Source of the DNA: Phyllobates terribilis
Lineage: Eukaryota
DNA: 64,000 bases
Assembly: GCF_046119375.1 (NCBI RefSeq)
Contig: NW_027362773.1
Span: forward strand, 154,814,001 to 154,878,000
Direction of reading: 5' to 3'
Positions 1-12,004 of this stretch are shown piece after piece. Both the position numbers and the translations under genes were made by a program. The first letter of the stretch is position 1. Every line of letters begins with the position of its first letter. The notes under the pieces were generated by a model. That model did no database searches. It had not been told where the DNA came from and saw only the letters and a program-made list of their open reading frames with translations.

Positions 1-569
1 CGCCTGACGGAGGAGGAGCTGCGGTGTGAGGAGGAGCAAGAGGACCCGGACGGGTCTGAAACAGAAACAGAATCTAAAGAAAGAGCAGGAGGACGCCGTC
101 GTTGAAGTACGGTAGAGAGAGACTGTATAAAGTTGCCCGTCGGGGTACCAAGAACTGTTACTTATTTAAAATATGTTCCCCGTTGGGACCAGCCAAGAGT
201 GAACTGTTAATCCCGTGTGTCCCTATTCCCACTGACCGAGGACTGAGAGCGGTCAATCCTCCCTAATACCTGGCCGAGGACTGAGAGCGGCCATATCCCC
301 TTGTATATAGTTGCGCTTCCTAAAGCGCCCCCTACCGGTTTTATAGGAAACTGTTGTTTTTACTACAAGAGACTGTCGCACTTTACCCGGTCACAAGTTG
401 CACCGTGACCAGAGGAACCAGAAACAAGAATGTTTATATGAAAAGTTTATTGCTGCTGATGATGTTTTATATGTTTTATATGTTTATGTTTTGAAAAAAA
501 AAAAAATGTATGTTTGTGGATGTTTATGTCTTACAGCCCGAGGACGTGCTGTGATTTACCAGGGGGGAA
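1..569 (+). mobile_element. 3' internal end of a Gypsy-type LTR retrotransposon (acidic ORF tail ending TGA 103-105, 3' UTR, polypurine tract 561-569)
   Basis: Frame-1 ORF tail RLTEEELRCEEEQEDPDGSETETESKERAGGRRR*; direct repeat CCGAGGACTGAGAGCGG at 236 and 274; AGGGGGGAA immediately before TGTAGCACCC. Confidence 0.7.
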
Positions 570-1791
570 TGTAGCACCCTGAGGATTCGGCTGCTACAGG
601 GGTATTACACCTCAAGCCAGAGGTGTGGTATTCCACTCCCGGGTAAGGATGGAGTGTGGAACTGAGCTCAGTAGGCTGCATGCACTACACACATCCCATT
701 TCCAAGGAACAGACCGATGGTACTCCCACTGGAGAAATGTGCAGGTACGACAGTGTCTGTTCCTGGCTGGAGTGGGAGGGGGGTGGAACATCCCAGTAGT
801 GTAGGGGCAGATAGGGGGAGCAGTCTGGGTAGTGCTAGGAGCTCATTGGGTGCTGGTCACCTGAGCTCACACATAGAGGGAGTATATAAGGTGGGCACCA
901 TCTTAGGACAGGGTCTTTTGCAGAGTGAGGTCAGTCTGTCAGAGTTGAGTCAGAGAAGAGAGCAGAGGAGAAGAGCAGCTCCAAGGCCCAGAGAGAGAGA
1001 GGAGAAAGAAGGACCCAGAGGGGGAGAAAGAAGGAACTCCAAGAGCCCAAATTAGACCAGAGGGTGAAGAGTTGGCAACAGGGTACCGGATCCCAAGCTG
1101 GCAGAGGCTACAGCACACCTTAGCCAGGAACCGGAGGTCGTGGGCAGGACCGATCTGCCACGATCACCCACTAGATCCACCTGGAAGGCAGACCAGGAAT
1201 AGGGTCAGGGAACCCAGAGACAAGGGTTTACCACCAAGAGGCCCGAGGGAGCCGGACATAGGTGGATCCCTGGTGGGGAAGGCCAGAGAAGAGGACAGGA
1301 CAGAAAGGGAGCTCAGGACCACGCTCCAGAATCACCTGGGGGTTGGCTGAGTCCAGGACCTGGTGGACGCAGCACGGCTCGGGTGGTCACTTAAGGCCGG
1401 AGTGACCAGAACAACTGCAGTAAGTAAACAAACCCTGAACTGCACAGCCCGACTCTGAGTCTCATTTCAATCCTTGCTGCACCATCACAACCCCCATCCT
1501 CTGCAACTGACCCCCTGAGGCTATACCCCTCCCGTTGGGGGTTATACTACCTGAGCTGCACATACATCACCAGCCTCAGCGGACCCTGCTGCAGCGGCGG
1601 CCGTATTGACCGCAATTCAACGGGTGGCGTAGTCGACACAAAAGAACATCTAGTAACATCATAAGGACTGCCACACACTGAGCTTGACACCCTGGGCACG
1701 GACCGGGTCACAGCCACTCGGAGACTACAACCCCCATCTGATCCGGCTCCGGGTATTCCCCAAACAACACTGGCCCAGGGGGTGCGTCACA
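570..1791 (+). mobile_element. 3' LTR (about 1.2 kb) of the Gypsy-type element
   Basis: Starts TG right after the PPT, ends GGGGTGCGTCACA (imperfect inverted repeat of TGTAGCACCC); TATATAA at 883-889; AGTAAA poly(A)-like signal near 1423. Confidence 0.7.
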
Positions 1792-1799
1792 TCCGTCTT

Positions 1800-1872
1800 C
1801 CACTAGGGGGAGCTTTTGCTTATACATCAATGTAGTCTGTACACTGAGTTCAATGAGAGCTCCCCCTAGTGG
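1800..1872. repeat. Perfect 15-bp inverted repeat CCACTAGGGGGAGCT / AGCTCCCCCTAGTGG with 43-bp spacer; each arm CTCF-motif-like
   Basis: Arms at 1800-1814 and 1858-1872 read directly. Confidence 0.75.
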
Positions 1873-2531
1873 TGGCTGCAAGCAGTCAGAATATTGACAA
1901 GCATCTTACCATGATTAGGTTCATGTGATGTGGACCTTCTCCATGGTAAAGGCAACGACACCAGATATTTGCATTTTCTTTAGTTAACGGCTGAAGATTT
2001 TCTATTTTTAAGGTTCTGATTCATTTTTACCTTTTTCTCAAGACGCATAGAACTTTGCAGCATTTTTGCACCTTTATCATGAATATTATGCCCATTGCAC
2101 AGTAATTTCACTTCTAAGGAAAAAGCTCAGTGCAGATATATGTCCTACTTTTGCACACAAAAAAAAAGCATTATGGAAAATGTGGTTTGGAGATGACGTG
2201 TTCGCCCCCCGCACATCGGCCACTCAGCAGAGCGCGGGCTGGGGATGATTCAGCGACGTGACCCATGATCCTCCTCATCCAGACTGCTAGATGGAACATT
2301 CAGCAAATCAACCGGATTAACCTCTGAGAAGCTACAGGGAAAAATGTGATTTACAGCAAACCTACACTAATACCAGCCAAGGAGATATGCCCGGACCCGA
2401 CCCAGTCAGTGCCGTCATCACTGAGCCCCCCGAAAAGTGACAGCAACATTCCCACCATGTCACCTCCACATGCACATGTCCTTCCTCTGCAAAGAGAAAA
2501 GAGACTGCAAATATTGAAATCTTTGGTTTAA

Positions 2532-2852
2532 AGGATTATTTGCAAAAAAAACCCCAAAAAAACAATTGATCCCCTATCTGTAGGTTTGGAGATCACTTGC
2601 TGATTTCTGGGGATCCAACAGCGATCCTGAGAATGGGGCTCTGCGATCCCATCCTGAAAGGAGCGAGCGCTGGACTCGACAGTCCCATAGACCGGAATGG
2701 AGCATGCGCAAATCCGCTCTATTCAGGACAGGGCTGGAACTTTGTTCCAGAGCCTCGATCTCGGGATCAGTAGGGATCCCAGCAGCAGATCCTCACTGGT
2801 CAGCTAGATATTCTACGGATAAGGGAGAACTTCATGTTTTTGGAATAATCCT
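2532..2852. mobile_element. TTAA-flanked palindromic MITE (T2/Kolobok-like)
   Basis: TTAA at 2528-2531 and 2853-2856; terminal inverted repeat AGGATTATT/AATAATCCT; internal inverted segments. Confidence 0.7.
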
Positions 2853-3029
2853 TTAACTACTGTCGTACATATAATGTAGTATAGTGTATTTAGAAAAGAT
2901 ATTGAACACATTGCCAAACAGCACCCATACAGTGCCATAGAGCGTTCATACAGAGAGCACACAGTAATGGGGTTTTCTACCCCTTTTTCGTATCAGTGAC
3001 GCATTGAACACAAGCCGACCATGCCAGAG

Positions 3030-3925
3030 GTGATTACAGCCTATCGGCACAGATGCTTGGTGGTTACAGTCTATTGGCACAGATGCTTCGTGGTTACAAT
3101 ATTTGACCCAGTTGATTTTTGGGTATTTTATTGGAACAGATGCTTGGTGGTTACAGTCTATCGGCACAGATGCTTGGTGGTTACAGTATTTGGTCCAGTT
3201 GGTTGGTTACAGTCTGTTGGTACTGATGCTTAGTGGTTACAGTATTTGGTCCAGTTGGTTGGTTACAGTCTGTTGGTACAGATGCTTAGTGGTTACAGTA
3301 TTTGGCCCAGTTGCTACCCAGTTCCTTGGTTGGTTACAGTCTTTTGGAACAGATGCTTGGTGGTTGCAGTATTTAGCCCAGTTGCTTTTTGGTTAGCGTT
3401 TATTGGCCCAGTTCCTCGGTTGTTACAGTCTATCAGCACAGATTCTTGGTGGTTGCAGCATTTGTCCTAGTTGGTTGGTGGTTACAGTCTATCGGCACAG
3501 ATGCTTGGTGGTTGCTGTATTTGGCCCAGTTAGTTGGTGGTTACAGTCTATCGGCACAGGTGCTTGGTGGTTGTTGTATTTGGCCCAGTTGGTTGGTGGT
3601 TGCAGTCTATCGGCACTCATGCCTGGTGGTTACAGCATTTAGCCCAGTTGGTTGGTGGTTACAGTCTATCGGCATAGGTGCTTGGTTGTTGCTGTATTTG
3701 GCCCAGTTGGTTGGTGGTTGCAGTCTATCGGCACAGAAGCTTGATGGTTACAGTACTTGGCCCAGTTGGTTGGTGGTTACAGTTTATCGGCACAGATGCT
3801 TGGTGGTTGCTGTATTTGGCCCAGTTGGTTGGTGGTTACAGTCTATCGGCACTCATGCCTGGTGGTTACAGTATTTGGCCCAGTTGGTTGGTGGTTGCAG
3901 TCTTTCGGCACAGATGCTTAGTGAT
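3030..3925. repeat. 59-bp minisatellite built from two related subunits of about 30 bp
   Basis: Unit GGTTACAGTCTATCGGCACAGATGCTTGGT + GGTTGCTGTATTTGGCCCAGTTGGTTGGT, about 15 copies; explains ORFs 2946-3989. Confidence 0.9.
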
Positions 3926-5524
3926 TAAAGCAACCCACAAAGGCTCAGAGTGCGACTCTGTCCTAATCCACACTTGCTGGCCCAGGTGATGATGCTTCCA
4001 GTTTCTTTGGCAGTCATTCCCAAAGTGATCTGCAAACTCATGCAGGATATAGCGGCCGCCCTGGAGCTCATCAGCAGCCACTTCATGTGGCTACTCGGAA
4101 GGATGCCGGATTACTGTGTCCGCCGCACACATGACCATCACAGGCACCATGACAGCCAATCATCAGCTTCACTGGGGTAAGCGCCTCAATACGGGCGACT
4201 CCTCAGTCCGGGTGCTGATCTATGTAAGGGGCACCGTGGTCACTGTGCACATTGCACTGCGGCGCCCCCTGACTGACTGCCGTGCAGCAGTGTCAGATCA
4301 CAGAGTAATTGTGATTGGTGACTTTTGGGGCCGATGTTTTCACAAAGTCGATGAACAGAAGCCGTCATGTAGCCTGCGGCCGGGGCACTGTGGGCGGCGG
4401 AGGAGGGACACCTGTGCTATCAAATGTCAGACAAGTCACCGTCTGTACAAATGCATTAAATTTAGGCAAAACTTCATTTAGTCTGGGATTCAATGGCACC
4501 TGTGTGGCCCCTATGAAATGAGAACCTCATCATAGCCCCCACCTGGGAAACAGGACCCTCCAGTGGAGTGGAAAAACACTATTAATGGCAGTATTGTGTG
4601 GGAATACTTTGTAATGTTATGTCGGCATTATATGGTAGTATTTTTGTGATACTGAATGGCAGTTTTATTTAGTGACTGGATAGATATATTGTGTGGAGCA
4701 TTGCTCGGCTAATGTATGGCGGTATTATTTGTATTGTGTGCACGCTAACTGGTAGTACCATTTGGCTACTGTATGGCGGTATTATTTTACTGTATAGTAT
4801 GGGCCCCATGTATTTGGATACCGCCTGGCATTATTATACGGTCAATGACTAACTTTATTATTTTGGCACCATGTGGAAGTCGTATTTGGCTACTCAGTGG
4901 CTATGCTATTTGGCATTATATCTAATGGAAGGTTTGGTTTACTGAATTTCCATTATTTCCTTTCTTATTTCTGCTAGATGGCGCTAACAACGACTGTGCA
5001 ACTCTTCCACCATACAATAAAAGTCACAAAATAAAAGTCAAGAAATGATTGGAAAAAAAAAAAAGTTGCACTCTTGAGATGTAACCCGTAACTGCTTTGG
5101 TCATTGCGTGTGGCCCTATCCAGGGGCCACCGGTCACCTGCCGTCCTGACAGCAGCACCGTCAGCAGGTATGGCAGCCGCAGGGACAGGAGGTCAGGCTG
5201 TGACTTTACTGACGGGAATGACGGCACCGGCTCCAATCCTCCGCAAGCTGTTTGCAAATGCAATGCAGCACCTGTACAAGGATGGCGTTCCTATAATGAT
5301 TCTGCACTGAATATACACCGCCATATAACCATCTACTAGCCTGGAAGAATTAACCCTAAAAGCTACGTGCAATGAAAAGCAGCTCTCCATTACTCTCCGC
5401 CCAGGGATCCAGGGGGGGGGGGGGGGGGTAATGAATAAGACAGCTGTAATATAACAGTCTTGTAAGCCCTGTACCCTGGAGGGCTCGTTAGGGAGAGAAG
5501 TGAGCAGCTGTGCCTTTAAATACC

Positions 5525-5631
5525 ATTTCCTTCTATTGTATTTGAATGGTCATCAGGAAAAAGGAAATGAAAGCAAAGGGGCTGAGCTAAAGCGGCAATG
5601 CTGCAAAGGGGACACCAATCCGCTATATAAG
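5525..5631 (+). promoter_or_regulatory. LMO2: Probable LMO2 proximal promoter: three ETS cores, CCAAT, TATA
   Basis: ATTTCCT 5525-5531, CAGGAAA 5554-5560, AAGGAAAT 5561-5568, CCAAT 5615-5619, TATATAA 5624-5630, about 270 bp upstream of the ATG. Confidence 0.55.
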
Positions 5632-5901
5632 TGACAGCGACACAGGCTTCCCTCCCAGACCTGCCCTTCTTGCAACAAGACTCATTCAGCTGCCGGGAAT
5701 ACAGATGTGGCTGCTCAGTGATGGAGACGGGCAAGCGGCGACCTCCATTGAGTGACACTGGGAGTCGGGGGGCAAGCGCAGTCATTGGGGGACCCCGGTG
5801 CATGGACAAGTGACGGCGAAATCCTTGATCGTGGCTCGGTGCAAAGAAGACAACGAATCGGCGTATTGGATAATAAGGGGGGGACGCACAGGAGAAGGCA
5901 A

Positions 5902-5942
5902 ATGTCATCAGCCATAGAGCGGAAGAGCCTGGACCCTGCAGA
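5902..5942 (+). CDS. LMO2: LMO2 first coding exon ([13 protein letters not shown] + GA)
   Basis: ATG 5902; donor GTAAGC at 5943, phase 2. Confidence 0.95.
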
Positions 5943-8900
5943 GTAAGCACATGGGGAGGGGGGGGGGGTCTTATTGTTATAGCACATGGTGGGGCGTAGC
6001 TAGGTGTGGGGGGCCACCGGGATATAGAGGGTCATCGATGTAATAGAGACGATGGGGACAGGTTACAACTATAGAGATGATCGCCAAAATGAAAGATGGT
6101 GGGCAATGGTTTGCATTGGGGCTGCAGTACATGAAACGGTGCTGAGTGGGCAGCTTGAGGCGTGCGAGGAGAGGACTGGTACACTGGTTGGCGCACCAAT
6201 AGGCTGGATTTTTGGCACAACTTTTGCACTACATATATCGCGCAACGTAAGACCCCCCCAACAGTGCCCACCGCCTTATGCCAGTGATACGTAGTAACAC
6301 ATTGGATGCCAGCAGTGTACACCATGCCGGAGATTGATAACATTGTGTCCAGTTGGTTACAGGGCAGATGTAGCAGAGCCGAGTGTGTGACTGATATGAG
6401 ATATTATTTTTTGCAGCTTAAGACTTTATTCACACATCAGTATTTCATCAGTATTTCTATGTCAAATCCAGGAGTTTCTCCAAAACACAGAACAAGTATC
6501 AGTCTTCCACTCCAGGTTTTGGCATAGAAATCCTGATGAAATACTGATGTGTGACTAAGCCCTTAGGGGGGATTGCAGGTAAAACCTGCAAGATATCCAC
6601 AGTCAAAGAGCTAAAATGAAAGAGTTAAAATGCAAATGCCCATCGGCTGTATGCATGTTATTAACCCTGCATTGCCTGGCAGAAAGGTGATATATCGGAC
6701 AGAAAGTAGTTTGGTTCTCCTATCGGCGAGTGTGGCATATAGCCTCAAGGCTATTAACAGGAGGAAAACATGTAATGAAAGAAAGGAAGAGAGAAATAAA
6801 GAGAACGAAAAGGAAGGAGAAAAGGAAAGAAAGAAACAGAAAGGAAGGAGAGAAAGAAAAGGAAAGAAAAAGATAGAAAGAAATGGAAGGAGACAAAGAA
6901 AAAGAAAGAAACAGAGAGAGAAAGAGAGAAAATTTTAAATGCAAAAATTTATTAGCCCATGTATAATACATTTTATACATGGGCTAATCAAGTTTTGATA
7001 TTTTTGCATTAAATATCTCCTTGAGATCTGCCTACATTTTTGTAATGTCTTCATAGATACATAGATAGTGTTCGATATATATGAAAGATTAGATAGTTAT
7101 TACATAAGANNNNNNNNNNNNNNNNNNNNNNNNNNNNNNNNNNNNNNNNNNNNNNNNNNNNNNNNNNNNNNNNNNNNNNNNNNNNNNNNNNNNNNNNNNN
7201 NNNNNNNNNNNNNNNNNNNNNNNNNNNNNNNNNNNNNNNNNNNNNNNNNNNNNNNNNNNNNNNNNNNNNNNNNNNNNNNNNNNNNNNNNNNNNNNNNNNN
7301 NNNNNNNNNNNNNNNNNNNNNNNNNNNNNNNNNNNNNNNNNNNNNNNNNNNNNNNNNNNNNNNNNNNNNNNNNNNNNNNNNNNNNNNNNNNNNNNNNNNN
7401 NNNNNNNNNNNNNNNNNNNNNNNNNNNNNNNNNNNNNNNNNNNNNNNNNNNNNNNNNNNNNNNNNNNNNNNNNNNNNNNNNNNNNNNNNNNNNNNNNNNN
7501 NNNNNNNNNNNNATAGAGAATAGNNNNNNNNNNNNNNNNNNNNNNNNNNNNNNNNNNNNNNNNNNNNNNNNNNNNNNNNNNNNNNNNNNNNNNNNNNNNN
7601 NNNNNNNNNNNNNNNNNNNNNNNNNNNNNNNNNNNNNNNNNNNNNNNNNNNNNNNNNNNNNNNNNNNNNNNNNNNNNNNNNNNNNNNNNNNNNNNNNNNN
7701 NNNNNNNNNNNNNNNNNNNNNNNNNNNNNNNNNNNNNNNNNNNNNNNNNNNNNNNNNNNNNNNNNNNNNNNNNNNNNNNNNNNNNNNNNNNNNNNNNNNN
7801 NNNNNNNNNNNNNNNNNNNNNNNNNNNNNNNNNNNNNNNNNNNNNNNNNNNNNNNNNNNNNATGATATATATATGATAGATATAGACAGACAGCTGGGTG
7901 ACCGCCTCTGCCAGATCAGTAATGCCATCATTCTAGCGGTCTCCGTCCCTCCCGTACATTTATGAAGCAGCTGAATAAACTTTTGAACAACTTATCAGAG
8001 GAGAACAGAACTTCATATTTTCGGTTTTGCTGCTCCCATCACTTCCTATCTGCCGAGCTGATGCATGATGACTGGGGGATGTGTGAGAGCCAGGGGTGGT
8101 CTTTGCCTCTGGAGCTGTAATACCCCTGTATCTAGGGCTCAGCGATTTGGACATCAGGAGCCGCTCGGATTTTATTTAGTGTCTTGACAGTGAGAACTTT
8201 CATGGGCATCAGTAGAAAGCAATGCATTTCTTGCTGTCTCCTGGTGTGTGCCCAGCTTTTTGTTGGGGGCCATTATAGTAAATGTCCTGCCATACAAAAT
8301 GAGAAGCGGAGTGGCACCGGACTTTCTTAGTATCACTGATGTTGGTGCCATATTTTAGTCCTACTACGTACATACAACTTAGGTAATGGTCAGTTGATCC
8401 CACATACTTGTGCACGCTCTGTTCAGCTGAGTGTGCATGTGTTCTGCATAGGGAGAGTGGTGTAAGCTGCTGCCAGAGACCTTTACTGATGGTCTACAGT
8501 CCAGGAAAACTCCCGGGGGGTAAGTCAACATTGCCTGATCCTTCTGTACCCCTATATTAGTCAGGAGGACCCCAGATTAGAGGTGATACATTTAGTAGGT
8601 GTTTGGAAATTTTTGCTAAAAAGTATATGGGTTATTACTAGATACCTCGCTGAGGACAGGATGCAGAGCGGACGCCATGTGTTGCTCCATCGTGCCACGT
8701 GCTTTTATGTGTCGCCGGCTGATGACTTGTCTTGGTTTTTGGATATGTGACTTCTCGTAAGGAGTTAGGAAGTTCTCCGCTGGCTGGGCCGGCTTCAGTA
8801 ATAGGATGCTCACTAGCCCCGTAGGTATGAAATAGTTAAGCCACACTATTGTGTTAAAACTCACAAGTGCTGGCGGTGCAGTGTGCACACGGCCATTCTT

Positions 8901-10124
8901 CACCCTATGGTTCACCTTTATCCAGAGGCGACAATCACTTGATGGTCTACACCACTAATGACTTATGCTTAGCAGATAGCAGGTGATACGGAAGGGTGTG
9001 GGATGTGGGTAGACACCTTACAATGTCCGCACACCGTGACCATATTAATAATTATTCCCAACAGTGAGCCCGTGGATGAAGTCCTGCAGATCCCACCCTC
9101 ACTTTTGACATGTGGGGGTTGCCAGCAAAATATTGGGGACCGCTACTTCCTAAAGGCCATCGACCAATATTGGCACGAGGACTGTCTCAGCTGTGACCTG
9201 TGTGGATGTCGGTTAGGGGAAGTCGGGAGGAGACTTTACTACAAATTAGGACGCAAGTTGTGCCGGAGAGATTACCTAAGGTAGAGAAAGTGGATTACGT
9301 TCTAAAAACCATCATCACACATGTAGAGTACAATCGATATACTGTATGATTGTAATGTCCATCATCAGACAATTCATAGGTAGTCACCCACATTGTACCG
9401 TCGATCCTCCCACATTGTACCGTCGATCCTCCCACATTGTACCGTCGATCCTCCCACATTGTACCGTCCATGCTCCCACATTGTACCGTCGATCCTCCCA
9501 CATTGTACCGTCCATGCTCCCACATTGTACCGTCCATGCTCCCACATTGTACCCTCCATCCTCCCACATTGTACCCTCCATCCTCCCACATTGTACCCTC
9601 CATCCTCCCACATTGTACCCTCCATCCTCCCACATTGTACCCTCCATCCTCCCACATTGTACCGTCCATCCCCCACATTGTACCGTCCATGCTCCCACAT
9701 TGTACCCTCCATCCTCCCACATTGTACCGTCGATCCTCCCACATTGTACCGTCCATCATCCTTAGTACACTCCATCACACTACAGCGTACAGTTTATTAT
9801 CACCCTTGTATCATCCATTGGCCCCCTTCCCATGGTGGCAGCCATGACTTCCACCATTTTGTGCTCCACCTAACAGTATCCTGTTTGTGCTTCTGTTTTT
9901 CCAGGCTTTTTGGGCAGGACGGTCTTTGCGCCTCATGTGACAAGAGGATCCGAGCCTACGAGATGACCATGCGGGTGAAGGACAAGGTCTACCATCTGGA
10001 GTGCTTCAAGTGCGCGGCTTGTCAGAAGCATTTCTGCGTCGGTGACCGTTACCTGCTCATCAACTCGGACATTGTGTGCGAGCAGGACATCTACGAATGG
10101 ACCAAACTTAACGGGATGATGTAG
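5902..10124 (+). CDS. LMO2: LIM domain only 2 (rhombotin-2), whole CDS join(5902-5942,9065-9280,9905-10124) = 477 nt, 158 aa
   Basis: [54 protein letters not shown]...[15 protein letters not shown]; two LIM domains; GT-AG introns with matching phases; same length as human LMO2. Confidence 0.98.
6770..6930. repeat. Purine-rich (GAAA/GAGA) low-complexity tract, LMO2 intron
   Basis: Almost pure A/G; explains ORFs 6630-6980. Confidence 0.85.
7110..7861. other. Unresolved sequence: N blocks 7110-7512 and 7524-7861, flanked by GATA/TAGA-like simple repeat
   Basis: N characters; flanks ATAGATAG, ATAGAGAATAG, ATGATAGATATAG. Confidence 0.95.
9065..9280 (+). CDS. LMO2: LMO2 LIM1 exon
   Basis: Acceptor ACAG ending 9064; donor GTAGAG 9281; 216 nt, phase 2-2. 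Confidence 0.97.
9387..9758. repeat. 22-bp minisatellite (CACATTGTACCGTCGATCCTCC), about 17 copies, LMO2 intron
   Basis: Units at 9389, 9411 onward; explains six-frame ORFs 9295-9847. Confidence 0.95.
9905..10124 (+). CDS. LMO2: LMO2 LIM2 terminal coding exon
   Basis: Polypyrimidine tract + CCAG ending 9904; TAG 10122-10124. Confidence 0.97.
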
Positions 10125-10171
10125 CATCGGGTGGATCCCTCTCTAAGTAGATCACACACTATGACGTTCAC

Positions 10172-10534
10172 AACTGACATTGAAATACTTAGTGCACTGA
10201 AGCCAAGCTGTTCATCCAAGATCTCGGCCAGCGGAGGCACAAGATGCTCCTACTTCACTCCTCACCATGGTGCTTCTACAATCGCAAGACTAAGACAATA
10301 TTTCGGTGGATACCTCCTGAGGATTATGAGAAACTATCGGTGACACTGGTGCCATGCTGATGCTATACTGCAATTTTTGGCAGCAAATGGAAGGATAATT
10401 TGTAAATCTCATTGGCCGATGCCGGATAATCTATGCAATACCAGAGTCTCTGTCCTGAGTTTCCACTTTTTGATTTTTAACATTAATCTTTATTTGTTGT
10501 TGAAGGGTCATTGACCATGTAAATGTAACTGACA
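10172..10534 (+). promoter_or_regulatory. Two miR-223 8mer sites (AACTGACA) in the LMO2 3' UTR, at 10172-10179 and 10527-10534
   Basis: Exact complement of the miR-223-3p seed GUCAGUU plus A; LMO2 is a known miR-223 target in mammals. Confidence 0.7.
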
Positions 10535-10698
10535 TACTCCTTCCTGGGTGGAATGGTATATACAGTGTCCTCCAAAGCTCCAGGGTGAGGGAAACCACAG
10601 ACCTCATATATATTGCAGTGCAGAAGGTTAGGCTCACATTCGCTCATTGACACAATTTTTATTCTTTTTACAACAGGTAGCAGAATTATGTGTTACTA

Positions 10699-11262
10699 AT
10701 ACTCCAGAGCTGCACTCACTATTCTGCTGGTGGAGTCACTGTGTACATACATTACATTACTGATCTGGAGTTACCTCCTGTATTATACTCCAGAGCTGCA
10801 CTCGCTATTCTGCTGGTGCAGTCACTGTGTGCACAGGATCAGTACAAGTGATTCCACCAGCAGAATAGTGAGTGCAGCTCTGGATTATAATACAGGATGT
10901 AACTCAGGATCAGTAATGTAATGTATGTACACAGTGACTGCACCAGCAGAATAGTGAGTGCAGCTCTGGAGTATAATACAGGAGGTAACTCAGGATCAGT
11001 AATGTAATGTATGTACACAGTGACTGCACCAGCAGAATAGTGAGTGCAGCTCTGGAGTATAATACAGGATGTAACTCAGGATCAGTAGTGTAATGTATGT
11101 ACACAGTGACTGCACCCGCAGAATAGTGAGTGCAGCTCTGGAGTATAATACAGGATGTAACTCAGGATCAGTAATGTAATGTATGTACACAGTGACTGCA
11201 CCAGCAGAATAGTGAGTGCAGCTCTGGAGTATAATACAGGATAAGTAATGTAATGTATTTAC
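10699..11262. repeat. 86-bp anuran satellite in inverted arrangement (about 1.5 copies on -, about 5 copies on +)
   Basis: Unit CAGAATAGTGAGTGCAGCTCTGGAGTATAATACAGGATGTAACTCAGGATCAGTAATGTAATGTATGTACACAGTGACTGCACCAG; orientation flips near 10833. Confidence 0.9.
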
Positions 11263-12004
11263 AAAGTTACTGACTTTCTATCTAGATGAATTCTATGTAG
11301 TTTGGTAACTGATTATCAGTTGGACATAAAAAGAAAATAAGAGACAACATGAATACTTTTAGATTCTCATGTAACAGAGCAAACGTAAAATTTATTATGC
11401 ATTCGACACAGTTCAGCACAATGTGTGCCGATATATGATGCTGCCGTAATACAGTGCACATTAAAATATGAGCACTGTATTATGGATCTGTAATATGATT
11501 GAGGCCCAACCCTAAGGAGGACAAGGAGCAGAACGAAATACTAAGTATAATGTGATGTATTTTTTTGTGTCAGCAGACAATTTACTGAATTTTATAAAGT
11601 GTATTTAAATGGTGTGTAATAATGTTATGTTATTTTCTGTAAGTCAGGTATTAAAGTCTTGTCTGCTTTCAGTATCCTGTCCTAATAAATTCTTCCCCCA
11701 ATTTAAGGACATTGTGCATAAAAGAAGTGATATTTACCTCTCCGTGTCCTCGCGCTCCCCTTTTGAAGATTCATTACTTACCTCCCCGTGTCCTCGCGCT
11801 CCCGTTAAGACACTTTCCAGTCTCTCCTGGTTTCTGCTTCCAGCTTGGGACCTGGAAGTTTAGAGCATCTGGAATCCTGGCAGTTTGGGTAAATGAGTGC
11901 AGGGGGATCCTGTCACCAGGAACAACTGTTCGGCAGGGGGGGGCAGGTGTTGCAGCCCCACCGATTAGATACTGAAGACCTATCCTAAGTATAGGCCATC
12001 AATA

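Noticed and set aside
717-1350. ORFs 717-1055 and 1072-1350
   Set aside because: Lie within the LTR; purine-biased sequence with no recognisable domain.
3950-4520. GC-balanced coding-like stretch after the 59-bp array
   Set aside because: Short ORFs in several frames with no recognisable motif or consistent splice signals; probably a transposon remnant.
5752-5901. In-frame upstream extension of LMO2 like the human long isoform
   Set aside because: Begins at GTG rather than ATG and shows no resemblance I can see to the mammalian extension.
7068-7931. ORFs of mostly X
   Set aside because: Span N blocks.
9295-9904. ORFs in all frames, including an N-terminal extension of the LMO2 last exon (9393-10124)
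   Set aside because: 22-bp intronic repeat; the true exon starts at the acceptor at 9905.
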